A stretch of DNA of 64,000 nt from assembly GCF_004010195.1 (NCBI RefSeq), contig NC_057751.1:9683457-9747456 (forward strand), read 5' to 3'. This document shows, piece after piece, positions 23,637-36,404 of the stretch. The DNA comes from Chiloscyllium plagiosum. Its lineage: Eukaryota. Each line of letters opens with the position of its first letter. Position 1 is the stretch's first letter. Under the pieces are notes generated by a model that was not told the DNA's origin, ran no database searches, and saw nothing but the letters and a program-made list of their open reading frames with translations. Both the position numbers and the translations under genes were made by a program.

Positions 23637-24633
23637 GTAATATTCATACTCTTTCATAACTCTAATGATGATAGCACTGTCTGAACAGGATAGAATTGAA
23701 TGCACCATTGCCCAGTGACCTAACGTTGCTCCAACTCACTGCAGAGGCACCTCAGATTCCTTGGAGATACCATGTTCATTTTAATATTTAATATGTGTAT
23801 GTTGTGGAACTGAGGTTTATATATTATATATTTAATGTATATATGTCTGCCTCAGACTGACCAACAATAAGGGTATACCATTCCCTTAAACTCATAAAGG
23901 AGAAATTAGACAGCATTCTTTACATTACAACAGTGACTCCACTTAAATATATGTTTCATTAGTTATGAAACATTTTAAAAACCTGTAAGTTTTCAAAGTG
24001 CCATTCATTACCATGCTTTCTGGAAAGCCACTCCATAGACTGAAGGCTGCCTAACACTTCCCATTCACAGGTTATGGGCATTGCTGACAAAGCCAGCCTT
24101 TATTGCCCATTCCAGCTTGTCTTCAAAAGGCAAAAATCTACCTACTTGAGTATAACTGAGTGAACTACTAGGCTGTTTCAGAGGGCAGTGAACAGTCAAC
24201 CATTTTGTTGCATGTCACGTTGGCCAGACTGTATAAAAACAGCAAAATTCCTTCCCAAAAGGATCTAAGTAGGTTTTTAAGACAATCGTATTGCTTCATG
24301 TTCATTATTGCTGATCCTGATTCCAGATTAATTGAGATTCAAGTCTCCTCTTGCATGCTGGGATATGAACTTGTCTCTGGCTCATTTGTCCAGACCTCTC
24401 GTCCAGTACTTAGCTCATACACAGTACCATATGTTCTCAAGAGCTCATGCCTTCAGAAAAGGGAGAAAGCAAAACTATATATTTTAGCAATAAGTAAAGA
24501 TTTAGCAGATGTTTAGTTTCGCAAGTCTGGGATGCTGTCATCATCAAATTGACGAAGATATGAGGTAAGTGCTTCAGTGCCAGCTTTAAAATATTCAAAC
24601 TGAAATGTGTTTTTTTTTATTGGTTGAATACAG

Positions 24634-24684
24634 GCTGAATTTGACAAACGACGAATATGAAAAGATTTTTTCTTCAATAAATGG
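24634..24684 (+). CDS. GGH: GGH-like exon 3 (LNLTNDEYEKIFSSING)
   Basis: tacag| and |gtaagt; 51 nt; F-x-SING motif. Confidence 0.92.
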
Positions 24685-25832
24685 GTAAGTAAGTAACAAT
24701 TTGAACTGGTTACCAAGTGTTGAGGCTGAGAGACACTGGCTGCTAGATTTAGTTGAGGACACAGCCTACCATTGTATTAGTTAGTTACTACAGTACCTAA
24801 ATCACCATCAAAGAAGTTCCTGGGCTTTCATTTTTCTGTAAATTAGTCTGTCATTAACAGCTTCTACTATGTTTTGGTACAAAAGCTTGCAACTGCATTG
24901 TCATCCATTACAAATCTGAGCCATTTTCTGTGTTCTTTCCTCCTTTTGAACAGATACTCATCAGCATAGTAAAATCTTTGAATTTATAGAGCAGAAATTC
25001 TGTGCTGTTAGAGTGCTTCATATAGCATCTGTGCCCAAGGATAGCAAAAGCAATATATCCTCAGAGATACTTCACTGGTAGTCACTGTCAAGTCTTACAC
25101 CCACATACATATGCAACACAGAACTAGCTGATCCAACAAGTGTTCGTGTTTCTCCTGCATCCAAGTCTCCTTCTATTTCATTTCCCTAACTTGAGCTGTT
25201 CAATATATCTTTCTTTTCTTTCCTGACTCAGCTCGTTTCTTTTGGTAACTGTCCAAGATTGGAGCCTGAACTACGATCTGTGCAAGTCCACATTTGAACC
25301 ATTCACTGAGTGGAGACAGTTCTCCATTTTTCCCAATTAGATTTATTGGTAGCTATCTTTCTTTATCAGCATTTGTGGCTTTAAACTATGGATTCTTCCT
25401 ATATCGATTGTGGGATTAATATTGAATGGGACACCTGAAGACACAGGTTCTGCTTTAAAATAATGGCATGGAGTCTTTTATACCGATTTGAGTTAAGGCC
25501 TCGAACCTCGGTTTCATATCTCATCCATTGACTATTTTCTTAGCATTGCAGTTTGGACTGTTTGACCAGAAGTGTCTAGTGAAGTAGGCTTTAAAAATAC
25601 AGGCTTCTGACTCCAGACATGAGAGTTATGCCTCATAATCATTCAAATTAATATTTCTGAGAATATCTCCATTTAATTTTATAAATCTTGTTAGTTTGAA
25701 GAATAAAAACATCCATTCTTGAATACATGCATAGAATTGTACCACATAAGGGATGGGGTATGAAAATTGTTGAGGAGCTTTGGAAAAGGAAATGAACATT
25801 GTATCATCCATTTCCCCTTTGGCTTCTCCCAG

Positions 25833-25917
25833 CATCCTCTTTCCTGGTGGATCATCTGATGTGAAGACATCTGCCTTTGCCAAAGCTGCAAAAACATTTT
25901 ACAACCTCGCATTAAAG
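25833..25917 (+). CDS. GGH: GGH-like exon 4 (ILFPGGSSDVKTSAFAKAAKTFYNLALK)
   Basis: Pyrimidine tract + ag, |gtaggt; oxyanion-strand LFPGG motif; 85 nt. Confidence 0.95.
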
Positions 25918-26259
25918 GTAGGTCTGAACAACATATCCTTGTACTGAATTAAAGCCTTCACCAAATTAAGGGGGATTTGTCCACTGCTCCAACATTTCCA
26001 CGTTGTGAATTATTATATGCTTCACTCTGCTTTCCCCAAGCTCTTAACTGCTGACTATGTCTGTCATCCTTGTCATGGGGATTGATTTGGTTTGGTGTGG
26101 CAAGGTGCAGTAAGTTGCTTCATTTTAATCTGGTCATGATTGCTAGAGGATTGGAGAGGTTTAATTTGCTGTCCTGAGAACAACTTATCAGTTGTCTTTA
26201 ATATCTGAAAAAAAATCAAAAATATTATATAAAGGCATTATAATACAATGTCCAAAGCG

Positions 26260-29200
26260 AGGAACGAGGCATAGAGCACAGAGAAGGTACCAACAACGTA
26301 GATAAAACTAGGGTAGAGATTCTCCTAAGGGAGTATGAACAGTTGGGAGCGAAATTGAAAAGTAGAACCAAAAAGGTAGTAATCTCTGGATGAGCTAATG
26401 GCGCAGGGTCAATAAGATAAAACATGTAAATGTGTGGCTCAAAGATTGGTGTGGGAGAAATGGGTTTGAATTCATGCGACACTGGCACCGGTACTGGGCA
26501 GAAGGGATCAGTTGCAATGGGACAATCTTCACCTGAATCCTGGTGACACCAGAGTCCTAGCAATTTGCATAATTAAAGTTGTAGACAGTTACAGGGGGAA
26601 TTAGAAAACCAAACTTAAAGGACGAGGTAAGAGTGCAGGTTAGTGCTGTGGTGGATGGTTACCAGACAGTAAAGATAAGGGCGAAAACAGGTGAATATCT
26701 TTGTGCACCAAGGAATTATTAAAAGGTTTGGAAATTTAACAGTGGAATAAATTTAAAAGCTTCGCTTTTTAAAAGCGTGAAGCATTTAAAACAATATTCA
26801 TGAGTTCATAGCACAAATAAAAACAAAAGGGTAAGTTTTGATAGCGATAACTGAAACGTGATTACAAGGAGACTCGGTCTGAGAATTGAATGTCCAGGGG
26901 TAATCAGCATTTTGCAAAGATAGACAGAAAAGCAAAGGAGCTAGTGTGGCCTTGCTGGTGAAGGAAGGGATCAGGGCTGTAATAAGAAATAACATACTTA
27001 GAAATCAGTCTGGGTAGAAATAAGAAATAGCAAAGGGAAGAAGTACTTGGTCGGAGTAGGTCCCCAAATTGTTGTTCTGCAGTGGAACACTGCATAAACC
27101 AGGAAAGTTATGGCAATAATCATGGATGATTTTAACATGCATACAGATTGGAAGAATCAAATCGGCAAGTATAGCCTGGAAGCAGAGTTCATTGAATGTA
27201 TTCAAGATTGTTTCAAGGAGCAGTATGTTGTGGAACCAACCAGAGAGCAGGCTACTCTGGTTTTGGTTTTGTGTGATGAGGAGAGATTAATTTATGGCAT
27301 CACAGTTAAGGATCATCTCTGGTGTAGTGACCATAGTATAATAGAATTCAAAATTCAGCTTGGGGGTGAGAAAATGGAGCCCCACAGATTTGGCCTGAGT
27401 AGATTTGGCAGGTAAGACAGTGGATGAGCAGTGGCAGATGTTTAAGGAGCTACTCAATTCCTCGCAACTGAAATATATCCCAGTGAGAAAGATGGTAAGG
27501 GGTGTAAAAACATCCATGGCTCAGCAAGGAAGTCAAGGACAACATTAAAGTCCAAAACTAAGATAGACCAGATTGCAAAGGCCAGTGGCAGGCGAGAAGA
27601 TTGGGAAACTTTCAAACATAAACAAAGGGATACTAAAAACGAGAGCCAAGATAAATTACGAAAGAAAACTAGCACAAAATGTCAAAAAGGACAGCAAATG
27701 CTTCTATAGTTATTTAAAAGGAAAGAGAGTTGCTAATATCAAGGTTGGTCTCTTGGAAGGTGAACCGGAGAGTTAATAGTGTGGAACACTGAGGTGGCAG
27801 AGATGCTGAATCAATACTTTGCCTCAGTTTTCACGGTGTAGGACAATAGTACCATTCGTGTTGGATCAGGCAAGTCAGAGGCAATCGATAAGGTAGAATT
27901 TAGAACAATCAACTGTGATAGCAAAAAGGTAATAAGCAAACTATTAGGATTGAAGATAGACAAGTCCCCTGGGCCTGATGGCCTACATGCGAGAGTATTA
28001 GAGGAAGTGACAATGGAGATAGTAGATCCATTTGTAACAGTATTCTAAAATTCCCTGGACACAGGAAAGATTCCAGTGGTTTGAAAAACAGCAATATTCA
28101 AAAAGGGAAGAAGGCAAAATGTGGGAAATTACAGACCAGTTAATTTAACATCTATTGTTGGGAAAGTGTTAGAATCATCTATCATGGAAGCAATATCAGG
28201 CCATTTGGAAAGTCAAATGCAATCCATCAGAGTCAGCACAGTTTCATGAAGGGCATATCATGCTTGACTAATTTATGAGAAGATAGAGAATCGGGATGAG
28301 TAGTTTTTTTTCTGGATGGCAAAATGTAACTAATGGAGTGCCACAGGGTTCAGTCCTTGGACCCCAGCTATTTACAAGCTGCATTAACAACTTCAAGACA
28401 GGGATGAAGACTCTATAGCCAAATTTGCGGACAACGCAAAATAGGTAGGACAGTAAATTGCAAAGAGGAAATAAGAACCTTACAAATGGTTACATAGATA
28501 AGTTAGGAGAGTGGGCCAAAATATGGCAGATGGAGTTTAACGTGGATAAGTGTGAGATGATGCATTTGGGTCAAAAAAATGGGAATGCAACCTATTATTT
28601 TAATGGAGAGAGACTTCGAGTGCTATGATACAGAGGGATCGAGGTGTACTCACTCATCAGTCACACAAAACTAGCATGCAGGTACAGAAGTTAATGAAGC
28701 AAATGGAATGTTGGCTTTTATAGCTAAGGGAATAGAATATAAAGGTAGGGAAGTATTGTTACAACTATACAAGGTATGGTGAGACTGGACCTGGAGTATT
28801 GTGCATACCCTTGGTCCCCTTATTTAAGCAAAGATGTAGCATTGGAGGCAGTTGAGAGGAGGTTCACTAGATTGAACCCAGAGGTGAGGAGTTTGTCGTA
28901 TGAAGAGATATTGAACAACTTGGGTCTGTGGAATTTAGAAGAATAAGGGGAGATGAAATTGAGGCATTCACGATGATATAAAGAGTGGATAAAATAGACG
29001 TGAAGCAGATGGTTCCTCTTGTGGGGCATTCCACGATGAGATAAAGCGGTCGCTCATTTAAAACTGAGTTGAGGACAAACTACTTCTCCCAGAAGGTTGT
29101 GAATCTGTGGAATTCATTACCTCAAAGTGTGGTGAATGCTGAGACAATAAGTAGCTTTCAGGAGGAGTTAGACAGATTTACAATTGGTAATGGGTTGAAG

Positions 29201-29315
29201 GGTTATCAAGAGAAGGCAGGAAAATGAGTGTGAGGAACATATCAGCTATGAATGAATGGAGGAACAAATTCGATGGGCCGGATGGCCTAATTCTGCTCCA
29301 ATATCTTAGGAACTT
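26260..29315 (+). mobile_element. Long degenerate CR1 LINE (ORF1 esterase C-terminus, endonuclease, RT, 3' UTR) in GGH-like intron 4
   Basis: GTNNVDK...REYEQLGAKLKSRTKKVVISG (ORF1); IIMDDFN, QYVVEPTREQATL, SDH (EN); [22 protein letters not shown] (RT); many stops and frameshifts. Confidence 0.9.
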
Positions 29316-29329
29316 AGAGAAGTTTAATT

Positions 29330-29640
29330 AAGAGCTTGGGGCCGAGGCATCTGATGGTGAAGCCACCACTGTTGGAGCAATTAAAATTGCAATGGCCAGG
29401 AGGTCAGAGTTAGAGAAGTGCAGATATCTTGGAGAGTTAAAGTGATGGAGGAGATTGAAGAGAGGGAAGGGTGAGGCATGGAGTGGTTTGAAACTATGAA
29501 TGAGAGTTTTAAAATGACTTTCCTCAACTGGGATCCAATGTAAGTAAGTGATCACAGAGATGATAGATGATTGGAATTTGTTGCGTTAGAACTGGTGCAA
29601 CAGAATTTCATATGAACTTTAGTTGTTGTCGGGTTGATTA
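29330..29640 (-). mobile_element. L2 LINE 3' remnant (similar piece at about 51520-51830)
   Basis: YLHWIPVEESHFKTLIHSFKPLH matches the L2 LHWLPV..RI.FK motif. Confidence 0.65.
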
Positions 29641-29723
29641 TGTCGGCCACTTAGCGGTCTGTGAATATTCAAACAGTGGTATGGATGGAACTGTTTAATG
29701 CTGTTTCTATGTTATTACTACAG

Positions 29724-29862
29724 GCATTTGATGCTGGTGATTATTTTCCAATATGGGGAACCTGCCTTGGAATGCAGTTGCTGACTGTGCTTACTGCTGG
29801 GAAGAACTTACTAATAAATACTGACACAGAAAACATTGCTCTCCCACTTAACCTGACTCATG
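29724..29862 (+). CDS. GGH: GGH-like exon 5 with catalytic Cys ([16 protein letters not shown])
   Basis: cag| and |gtagga; nucleophile elbow WGTCLG; 139 nt. Confidence 0.96.
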
Positions 29863-30049
29863 GTAGGAGTACTTTGTGATACAGTATTATGACTTGGGGA
29901 TTACAATGTTAAGAGGATTTCCCAGTCATGTGTTGCAATACAGGTTTAAATAGGTTTACACAAGGTGCACAACTCCAGTACATCACAATTGAGTTTTTTA
30001 GGTATTAGTTGAATAGTTAGAGTGAGTCTGTTTCAGCTTCGAACACTTG

Positions 30050-30340
30050 GTAAGATGCTCACTGTCAGTTAGAAGATTACATTTTGAGTCAGTTCATGAT
30101 TTGAATGATCTTGCCTGACTAGTGTGAGCAGTGGAGAGGAATTGGGGGTGCTGTCTTTCAGATGACATGTTAACACACTATTCAAAGAAGAACAATATTC
30201 CCTCTTTAACTTGCATATCCAAAGATGTGAACTCATACTTTTCTGATGGCTATTTGTGGGTTTGGCTGATGGAGGCATTTAGCTACAGAACAACAGTCAG
30301 TACGTTTTGAAAATAATTGTCTGGGAGATGTCCTTTGAGA
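30050..30340 (+). mobile_element. DeuSINE/AmnSINE-like ancient SINE remnant (related pieces at about 25330-25630 -, 50730-50930 +)
   Basis: GGTGCTGTCTTTCAGATGA...GTTAA and CTACAGAACAACAGT segments resemble the Deu-domain consensus from memory. Confidence 0.45.
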
Positions 30341-30778
30341 TAGAGATATGCAGTAAAATATTGCACCAAAAAAGCTTTATCGTTCTAAGATTTTAAGATT
30401 GAGTTAAACAGAGGGAGTGAAATGTTAGTTAACTGAGTTAGGAATGTGAATGGAGATTCACATGCAAAGGAGATTCAAGGTCTTGGGTCTGCATGGATGA
30501 TGGAGGATAGATCAGAAGTGTTCCTGCTGTTCACTTGAAGAGGATGAAAGAATGGGAACCTTTCCACAGACAACAACTGGCTGAGTTCAGCAAATTTATT
30601 CCTTTTGGACATGTATTCAAAGGAATGTTGAATCAGGAGTATCGAAAGAAACAGTTAAAATGTGGGCCTATTTTTCAATTCCCTTGAATCAAAAATTGCT
30701 CTCACCAGAGATGGATTTCTGATTTGAATTTCACCAAAAATTTAACTGCGTTTTTCTCTACCTCCACCTCCCTCCCAG

Positions 30779-30885
30779 CTGCAGAATCAAGTAAAATGTT
30801 TCAGAAATTTCCTCCAGACGTGTTCCGGGCTTTATCCCGTGAAGCACTGACTGGGAACTTCCATCATTTTTCTCTTTCTGTGAAG
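30779..30885 (+). CDS. GGH: GGH-like exon 6 (AESSKMFQKFPPDVFRALSREALTGNFHHFSLSVK)
   Basis: cccag| and |gtaata; SxMF and NFH motifs; 107 nt. Confidence 0.95.
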
Positions 30886-31086
30886 GTAATATTTGAAAAG
30901 AGGATGCAATCACGTGAGTGTGTCACTAACTCGATGGAATACCATAAATTGTTCCATTTGTGTAGTTATGGATAATAATGATCATTCAGCCCACTTCACT
31001 TGATTCATCCATGAAGACCCGAAACTTTGTCTACTGGGGCGGTTTATCGCTTCACTTGCACTGATTTGATTGTTCTGTTTTGGCAG

Positions 31087-31180
31087 GATTTTCTACAAAA
31101 TGAAGAACTGAGGAAATTCTATTCAATTCTGTCCACTAATTATGACAGAAAGGGTGTGCAGTTTGTGTCGACTATGGAGG
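31087..31180 (+). CDS. GGH: GGH-like exon 7 (DFLQNEELRKFYSILSTNYDRKGVQFVSTME)
   Basis: ggcag| and |gtaggt; LSTN and FVSTME motifs; 94 nt. Confidence 0.95.
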
Positions 31181-31959
31181 GTAGGTTGAACAGTGCAACT
31201 GCTATTATATAATGAACATAACTGGCAGGGGCATTCATGACAAAGTGTACCACTTCTGTTCTTTAGACATCTGTTTCTAGATGAATATCATCCAAACATA
31301 GTATCCATAAGGACACTGTTCAGATCATTGTGGCAATCATGTTTTCTCTCCATTACTCTGTGTAAATATCAAGCTCATTCTGCAATCATGTTTTGGTTCT
31401 TCGAGCTTGACGTATTTCTCATCACTTCATTTAATCACACTTTTCAAGTTCATTTTGCATGCTCTTTGCAAAACTTTGGTAAGATAAAAGCATCCAAGAT
31501 ATTGTTTCTTTTATACCAAGTTTCTTTCAGTTTTAGAAACATTATTGTCCTCTGCTTCTGTGGAACACTTATGACTTGTTTTGTATTGTTTGTTTAAAAC
31601 TTTTGTTACTTTACTGATTGACTTCATTGTTTGGCGTCAGAGGTAACATCAGGTTTCAAATTTTACATTCTTGTTCCCAATAACCAAGAACTAAGATACT
31701 TTTTTTGTATTAGTTAGTGCTCTCTTCCCCCTCCAAAATTGCATCCCGTTATTCAAGTCAGCAGTTGATGATCATGGGTTTTGAATTTAGAAAATAACAA
31801 ATTATCCAAATCTATTGAGTGTCTTGATTCTTGGCACAATGAAAAAAATTCCATCTCATTTTTACAAAAATAGCCCCAAGCTCATCTTTCTAGTTCTGAG
31901 TTGGGAGCCATGAATACAAATGGACGTGGGTCAGTTCTGCATCAATTATAACGCATGAG

Positions 31960-33846
31960 TGATAAAGATGTACAGCACGGAAACAGATCCTTCACTCCGA
32001 CTCATCCATGCCGACCAGATGTACTGATTAATCTAGTCCCATTTGCCACCATTTAGCCCATATCCCTCTAAACCCTTCCTATTCATGTACCCATCCAGAC
32101 GCCTTTTAAATAAGGTAATTATACTAGCCTGCACCACCTCCTGAGCCTGCTTATTCCTTACACACACCACACCCTGCATGAAAAAGTTGTCCTTTAGGTT
32201 CCTTTTAAATCTTTCCCCTCTCAATTTAAACTTATGCCCCCTAGTTTTGGACCCCCCTACTCTGTTGAAAAGACCATTACTATTCACCCTATCCATACCC
32301 CTCATGATTTTATAAACCTCTGGAAGGTAACCCCGCCGCCTGCAACGCTCCAGGGAATAAAAGCCCCAACCTATTCAGGCTCGGTGGTCATCAAGTGCTT
32401 TGAAAAGCTGGTCATGGCATGAATCAACTTCAGCCTCCCCACTACCCTTGACCCACTCCAATTTGCCTATCAGACCAACAGATCCACGTCAGATGCCATA
32501 TCCCGAGAACATCTTGACACCAAGAACAGCTACGTAAGAATCCTACTCATTGACTGCAGTTCAGCCTTCAACACTATGATCCACTTGAGACTGATTACTA
32601 AACTTAGTGATCGCGGACTAATCCTGACTCTGTGCAACTGGATCCTCAGTTTCCTGACCCACAGGCCACAATCAGTGAAGATTAGGAACAATATTTAATC
32701 CTCACTAACACTCAACACTGGAGTCTCCCAGGGCTGTGTATTCAGCCCCCTGCAGTACTCACTGTATATCCATGACTGCGTCGCCAAACACCGGACTAAT
32801 GCCATTTAAAGTATGCTGATGACACCACTATAGTCAGTCGCATCTCAGATGGCAACAAAACAGACAACAGACGGGAGGTGGAAGACCTGAAAAAATGGTG
32901 CACTGAGAACAACCGAGCCCTCAATGCGTGCAAAACCGAGGAACTCATTACTGACTTTCGGCAGGTCGTTACTTATGCTGCCTACACATTAAGAGCACAG
33001 AGGTGGAACGAGTGGAGAGCATCAAGCTCCTGGGAGTGGTCATCCACAACAAACTTTCTTTGTGGACACACTGGTTACAAAGGCCCAACAACGTCTCTCC
33101 TTCGCAAGGCAGCTGAGGAAATTTGGCATGATGGCAAATACCCTTGCCCAACTTTTATAGGTGCGCCGTTGAGAGCATTCCGTCTGGATGTATCACAACC
33201 TGGTATGACAACTGTACCCTTCAAGATTGAAGACAGTTATAGAGAGTGGTGAACTCCGCCCGGACAATCCCAAATGCCAACCACCCATCTATAGAATCCA
33301 TCTACCATGCCCGCTGTCAAGGAAAGGCCACCAGCATTCTCAAAGATCCATCCCAACCTGGCAATGTTTTTCTACAACGTCAACCATCAGTGAGATGGTC
33401 CAAAAGCTTGAACTCATGCATCAGCTGGTTTCAGAACAGTTTCTACCCTGCTATTGTTAGAATACTGAATGGATTCTCAAACTCTTAAACATTCGCCTGT
33501 ACCTGTGTTTTTGTTTTTGCCGCTGTTTACCTATTATTTACTTATCTATGCTACTTAACTCTGTGATCTGCCTGTATTGCTCACAAGACAAAGCTTTTCA
33601 CTGTGCCTCGGTACATGTAACAATAAATTAAATTCAATTCAATTCAATTCTCTCCCTGTAGCTCAAACCCTCCAAACATTGCAAAATCCTTATTAATCCT
33701 TTCCGAACCCTTTCAAGTTTCACAACATCGTTTCTGTAGCAGAGACCAGGAATGCAGTGATCCAAAAGTGGCCAAACCAATGTCCAATACAGCTGCAATG
33801 TGACCTCCCAACTCCAATACACAATGCACTGAGCAACGAAGACAAG
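31960..33846 (-). mobile_element. CR1 3' fragment split into 31960-32382 and 33651-33846 by a Rex1 insertion
   Basis: MRGMDRVN...FKRRLDGYM on one side and YWSWEVTLQLYWTLV...LERV on the other; the sequence is colinear across the insert. Confidence 0.85.
32383..33650 (+). mobile_element. Rex1/Babar non-LTR retrotransposon, 5'-truncated
   Basis: [70 protein letters not shown]; (ATTCA)n tail. Confidence 0.9.
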
Positions 33847-33906
33847 CTATCATTTTTCAGTGTTTGTATCATCTTTCCAAGTTTATACTCTAAGGTTATA
33901 CTCTAA

Positions 33907-34418
33907 CACCTCTGGGACACCCGGACCAACCAAGCCAACCACCCTGTAGCTCAACATTTCAATTCCCCCTCCCACTCCACCAAGGATATGCAGGTCTTTG
34001 GACCCCTCCATCGTCAGACCACAACAAAACGACGGTTGGAGGAAGAACACCTCATCTTCCGCCTAGGAACCCTCCAACCACAAGGGATGAACTCAGATTT
34101 CACCAGTTTCCTCATTTCCCCTCCCCCAACCCTCTCTCAGTCAAATCCATCGAATTCAGCACCGCCTTCCTAACCTGAGATCTCCTTCCCGACCTCTACT
34201 CCCCCACCCCAGTCTGACCTATCACCCTCACCTTGACCTCTTTCCACCTATCACATTTCCGACGCCCCTCTCCCAAGTCCCTCCTCCCTACCTTTTATCT
34301 TAGCCTGCTGGACAAACTTTCCCCATTCCTGAAGAAGGGCTTATGCCCGAAACGTCGATTCTCCTGTTCCCTGGATGCTGCCTGACCTGCTGCGCTTTTC
34401 CAGCAACACATTTCCAGC
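33907..34418 (+). mobile_element. Penelope-like element 3' end (GIY-YIG C-terminus plus terminal repeat with hammerhead-like core at 34329-34356)
   Basis: VAQHFNSPSHS...RRLEEEHLIFRLGTLQPQGMN; TSD TATACTCTAAGGTT at 33884-33897 and 34419-34432. Confidence 0.85.
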
Positions 34419-34937
34419 TATACTCTAAGGTTCTTGGTTTCAAAGTTCTGATTCCAGTTCACAAGTGGACCAGATTAAAGTGACTAAGCATTGTTGATGT
34501 CAATTCATCATGGAGGTTTGACAAGTATTTGCGATTGTTTTGGAGATGCTCTTCAATGCAACAAATGTGGATCAGCTGTGATTTGCATTGAAAAATCCCA
34601 CAAACCACAGCTACAAATCCTTCACGTCAGAAGAAAGCAACTTACTAGAAGACCTCGCCAGGCATAAGAACTGCCTCCCACGATACCCATCAGATCAGAT
34701 TTAACCAGCAGTTACACCAGTGCATTCATGTTCACAGCAGTGACAGTCAAACTATTAAAATCATTGTTGACCTCCTCGCAGTCATTTGAATCTTAAGATG
34801 TTTGCCTTCAATCAAATGCCTTGTTGAGAATTGGAAGATGCTTCTTGGTTTTATTGGACAAAATAATATTTAATTCTTGTCAAACCATGTTAAAACTAGT
34901 TAGAAATTCCACCATGAGTGATGATTTTTTTTACTTA

Positions 34938-36404
34938 GAGTCATAGAGATGTACAGCATGGAAGCAGACCCTTCAGTCCAGCCTGTCCATGCCAACCAGA
35001 TATCCCAACCCAATCTAGTCCCACCTGCCAGCACCCGGCCCATATCTCTCCAAACCCTTCCTATTCATATACCCATCCAAATGTCTCTTAAATGTTGCAA
35101 TTGTACCAGCCTCCACCACATCTCATGGCAGCTCATTTCATACACGTACCACCCTCTGCGTGAAAAAGTTGTCCCTTAGGTCTCTTTTGTATCTTTCCCT
35201 TCTCACGCTAAACCTCTGCCCTCTAGTTCTGGACTCCCCCACCCCAGGGAAAGACTTTGTCTATTTATCCTATCCATGCCCCTCATAATTTTGTAAACCT
35301 CTATAAGGTCACCCCTCCATCACTCCAGGGAAAATAGCCTTAGCCTATTCAGCCTATCCCTTTAGCTCAAACCCGCCAACCCTGGCAACATCCTTGTAAA
35401 TCTTTTCTGAACCTTTTCGAGGTCAAGCGTCGTAGGAAACCAACCCAGTCAAGGTCGCGATCAAATTCTCCTGTTAAAGCGACCCGTTCCTGGTCTGGTT
35501 CTCGGGAGCAGTCCCCTGTCAACAGTGCAGAGTGACCACCGTGTTGTAGAAGTGTTTTTATAATTTGCTAAAGATTTTCTATGAAATGTTGGCCTCATTT
35601 TGATTTTTTTTCTGAACCTTTTCGAGCCACAACATGACGTCACAACTCCAATACTCAATGCACTGATCAATAAAGGTAAGCATACCTAACGCCTTCTTCA
35701 TGTCACATCAGGGTCTAATATCAGTGACAAGGTTGGTGAACCGTTGTGATATAGACTGCAGAGCTTCACTTGAGTTCAAGTGTACGGAGCACACCAGGTG
35801 GGGCGCTGGCCAGGACAGCACTGGAATAATGGAGTCTTGAGTTAACAAAAGCAAGGCTTTGCCAATTGCCTGAAGCAGGGGCATGGACAGGCAATGTCTT
35901 AGTAATGGAGAAAATATGGTGGTGGAAGTCCACTTCTGGGTCTAACAGGATGCCAAGATTGTCCTTGCCTTTCCAAATACATGTACGTCCTGTCTCTCAG
36001 GATTCCCTCCAACAACTTGCCCACCACCGACGTCAGGCTCACTGGTCTATAGTTCCCTGGCTTGTCTTTACTGCCCTTCTTAAACAGTGGGCCCACGTTT
36101 GCCAACCTCCAGTCTTCTGGCACCTCACCTGTGACTATTGATGATACAAATATCTCAGCAAGAGGCCCAGCAATCACTTCTCTAGCTTCCCACAGAGTTC
36201 TCGGGTACACCTGATCAGGTCCTGGGGATTTATCCACCTTTAACCGTTTCAAGACATCCAGCACTTCGTCCTCTGTAATTTGGACATTTTTCAAGATGTC
36301 ACCATCTATTTCTCTACAGTCGATATCTTCTATATCCTTTTCCACAATAAATACTGATGCAAAATATTCATTTAGTATCTCCCCCATTTTCCATGGCTCC
36401 ACAC
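34938..36404 (-). mobile_element. Rearranged CR1 insertion (3' end, non-CR1 insert, L2 fragment, upstream RT piece)
   Basis: CR1 at 34938-35421, 35608-35700 and 35957-36404 ([29 protein letters not shown]); L2-like NLGILLDPEVDF at about 35800-35955; possible TSD ACTTA (34933-34937, 36405-36409). Confidence 0.75.
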
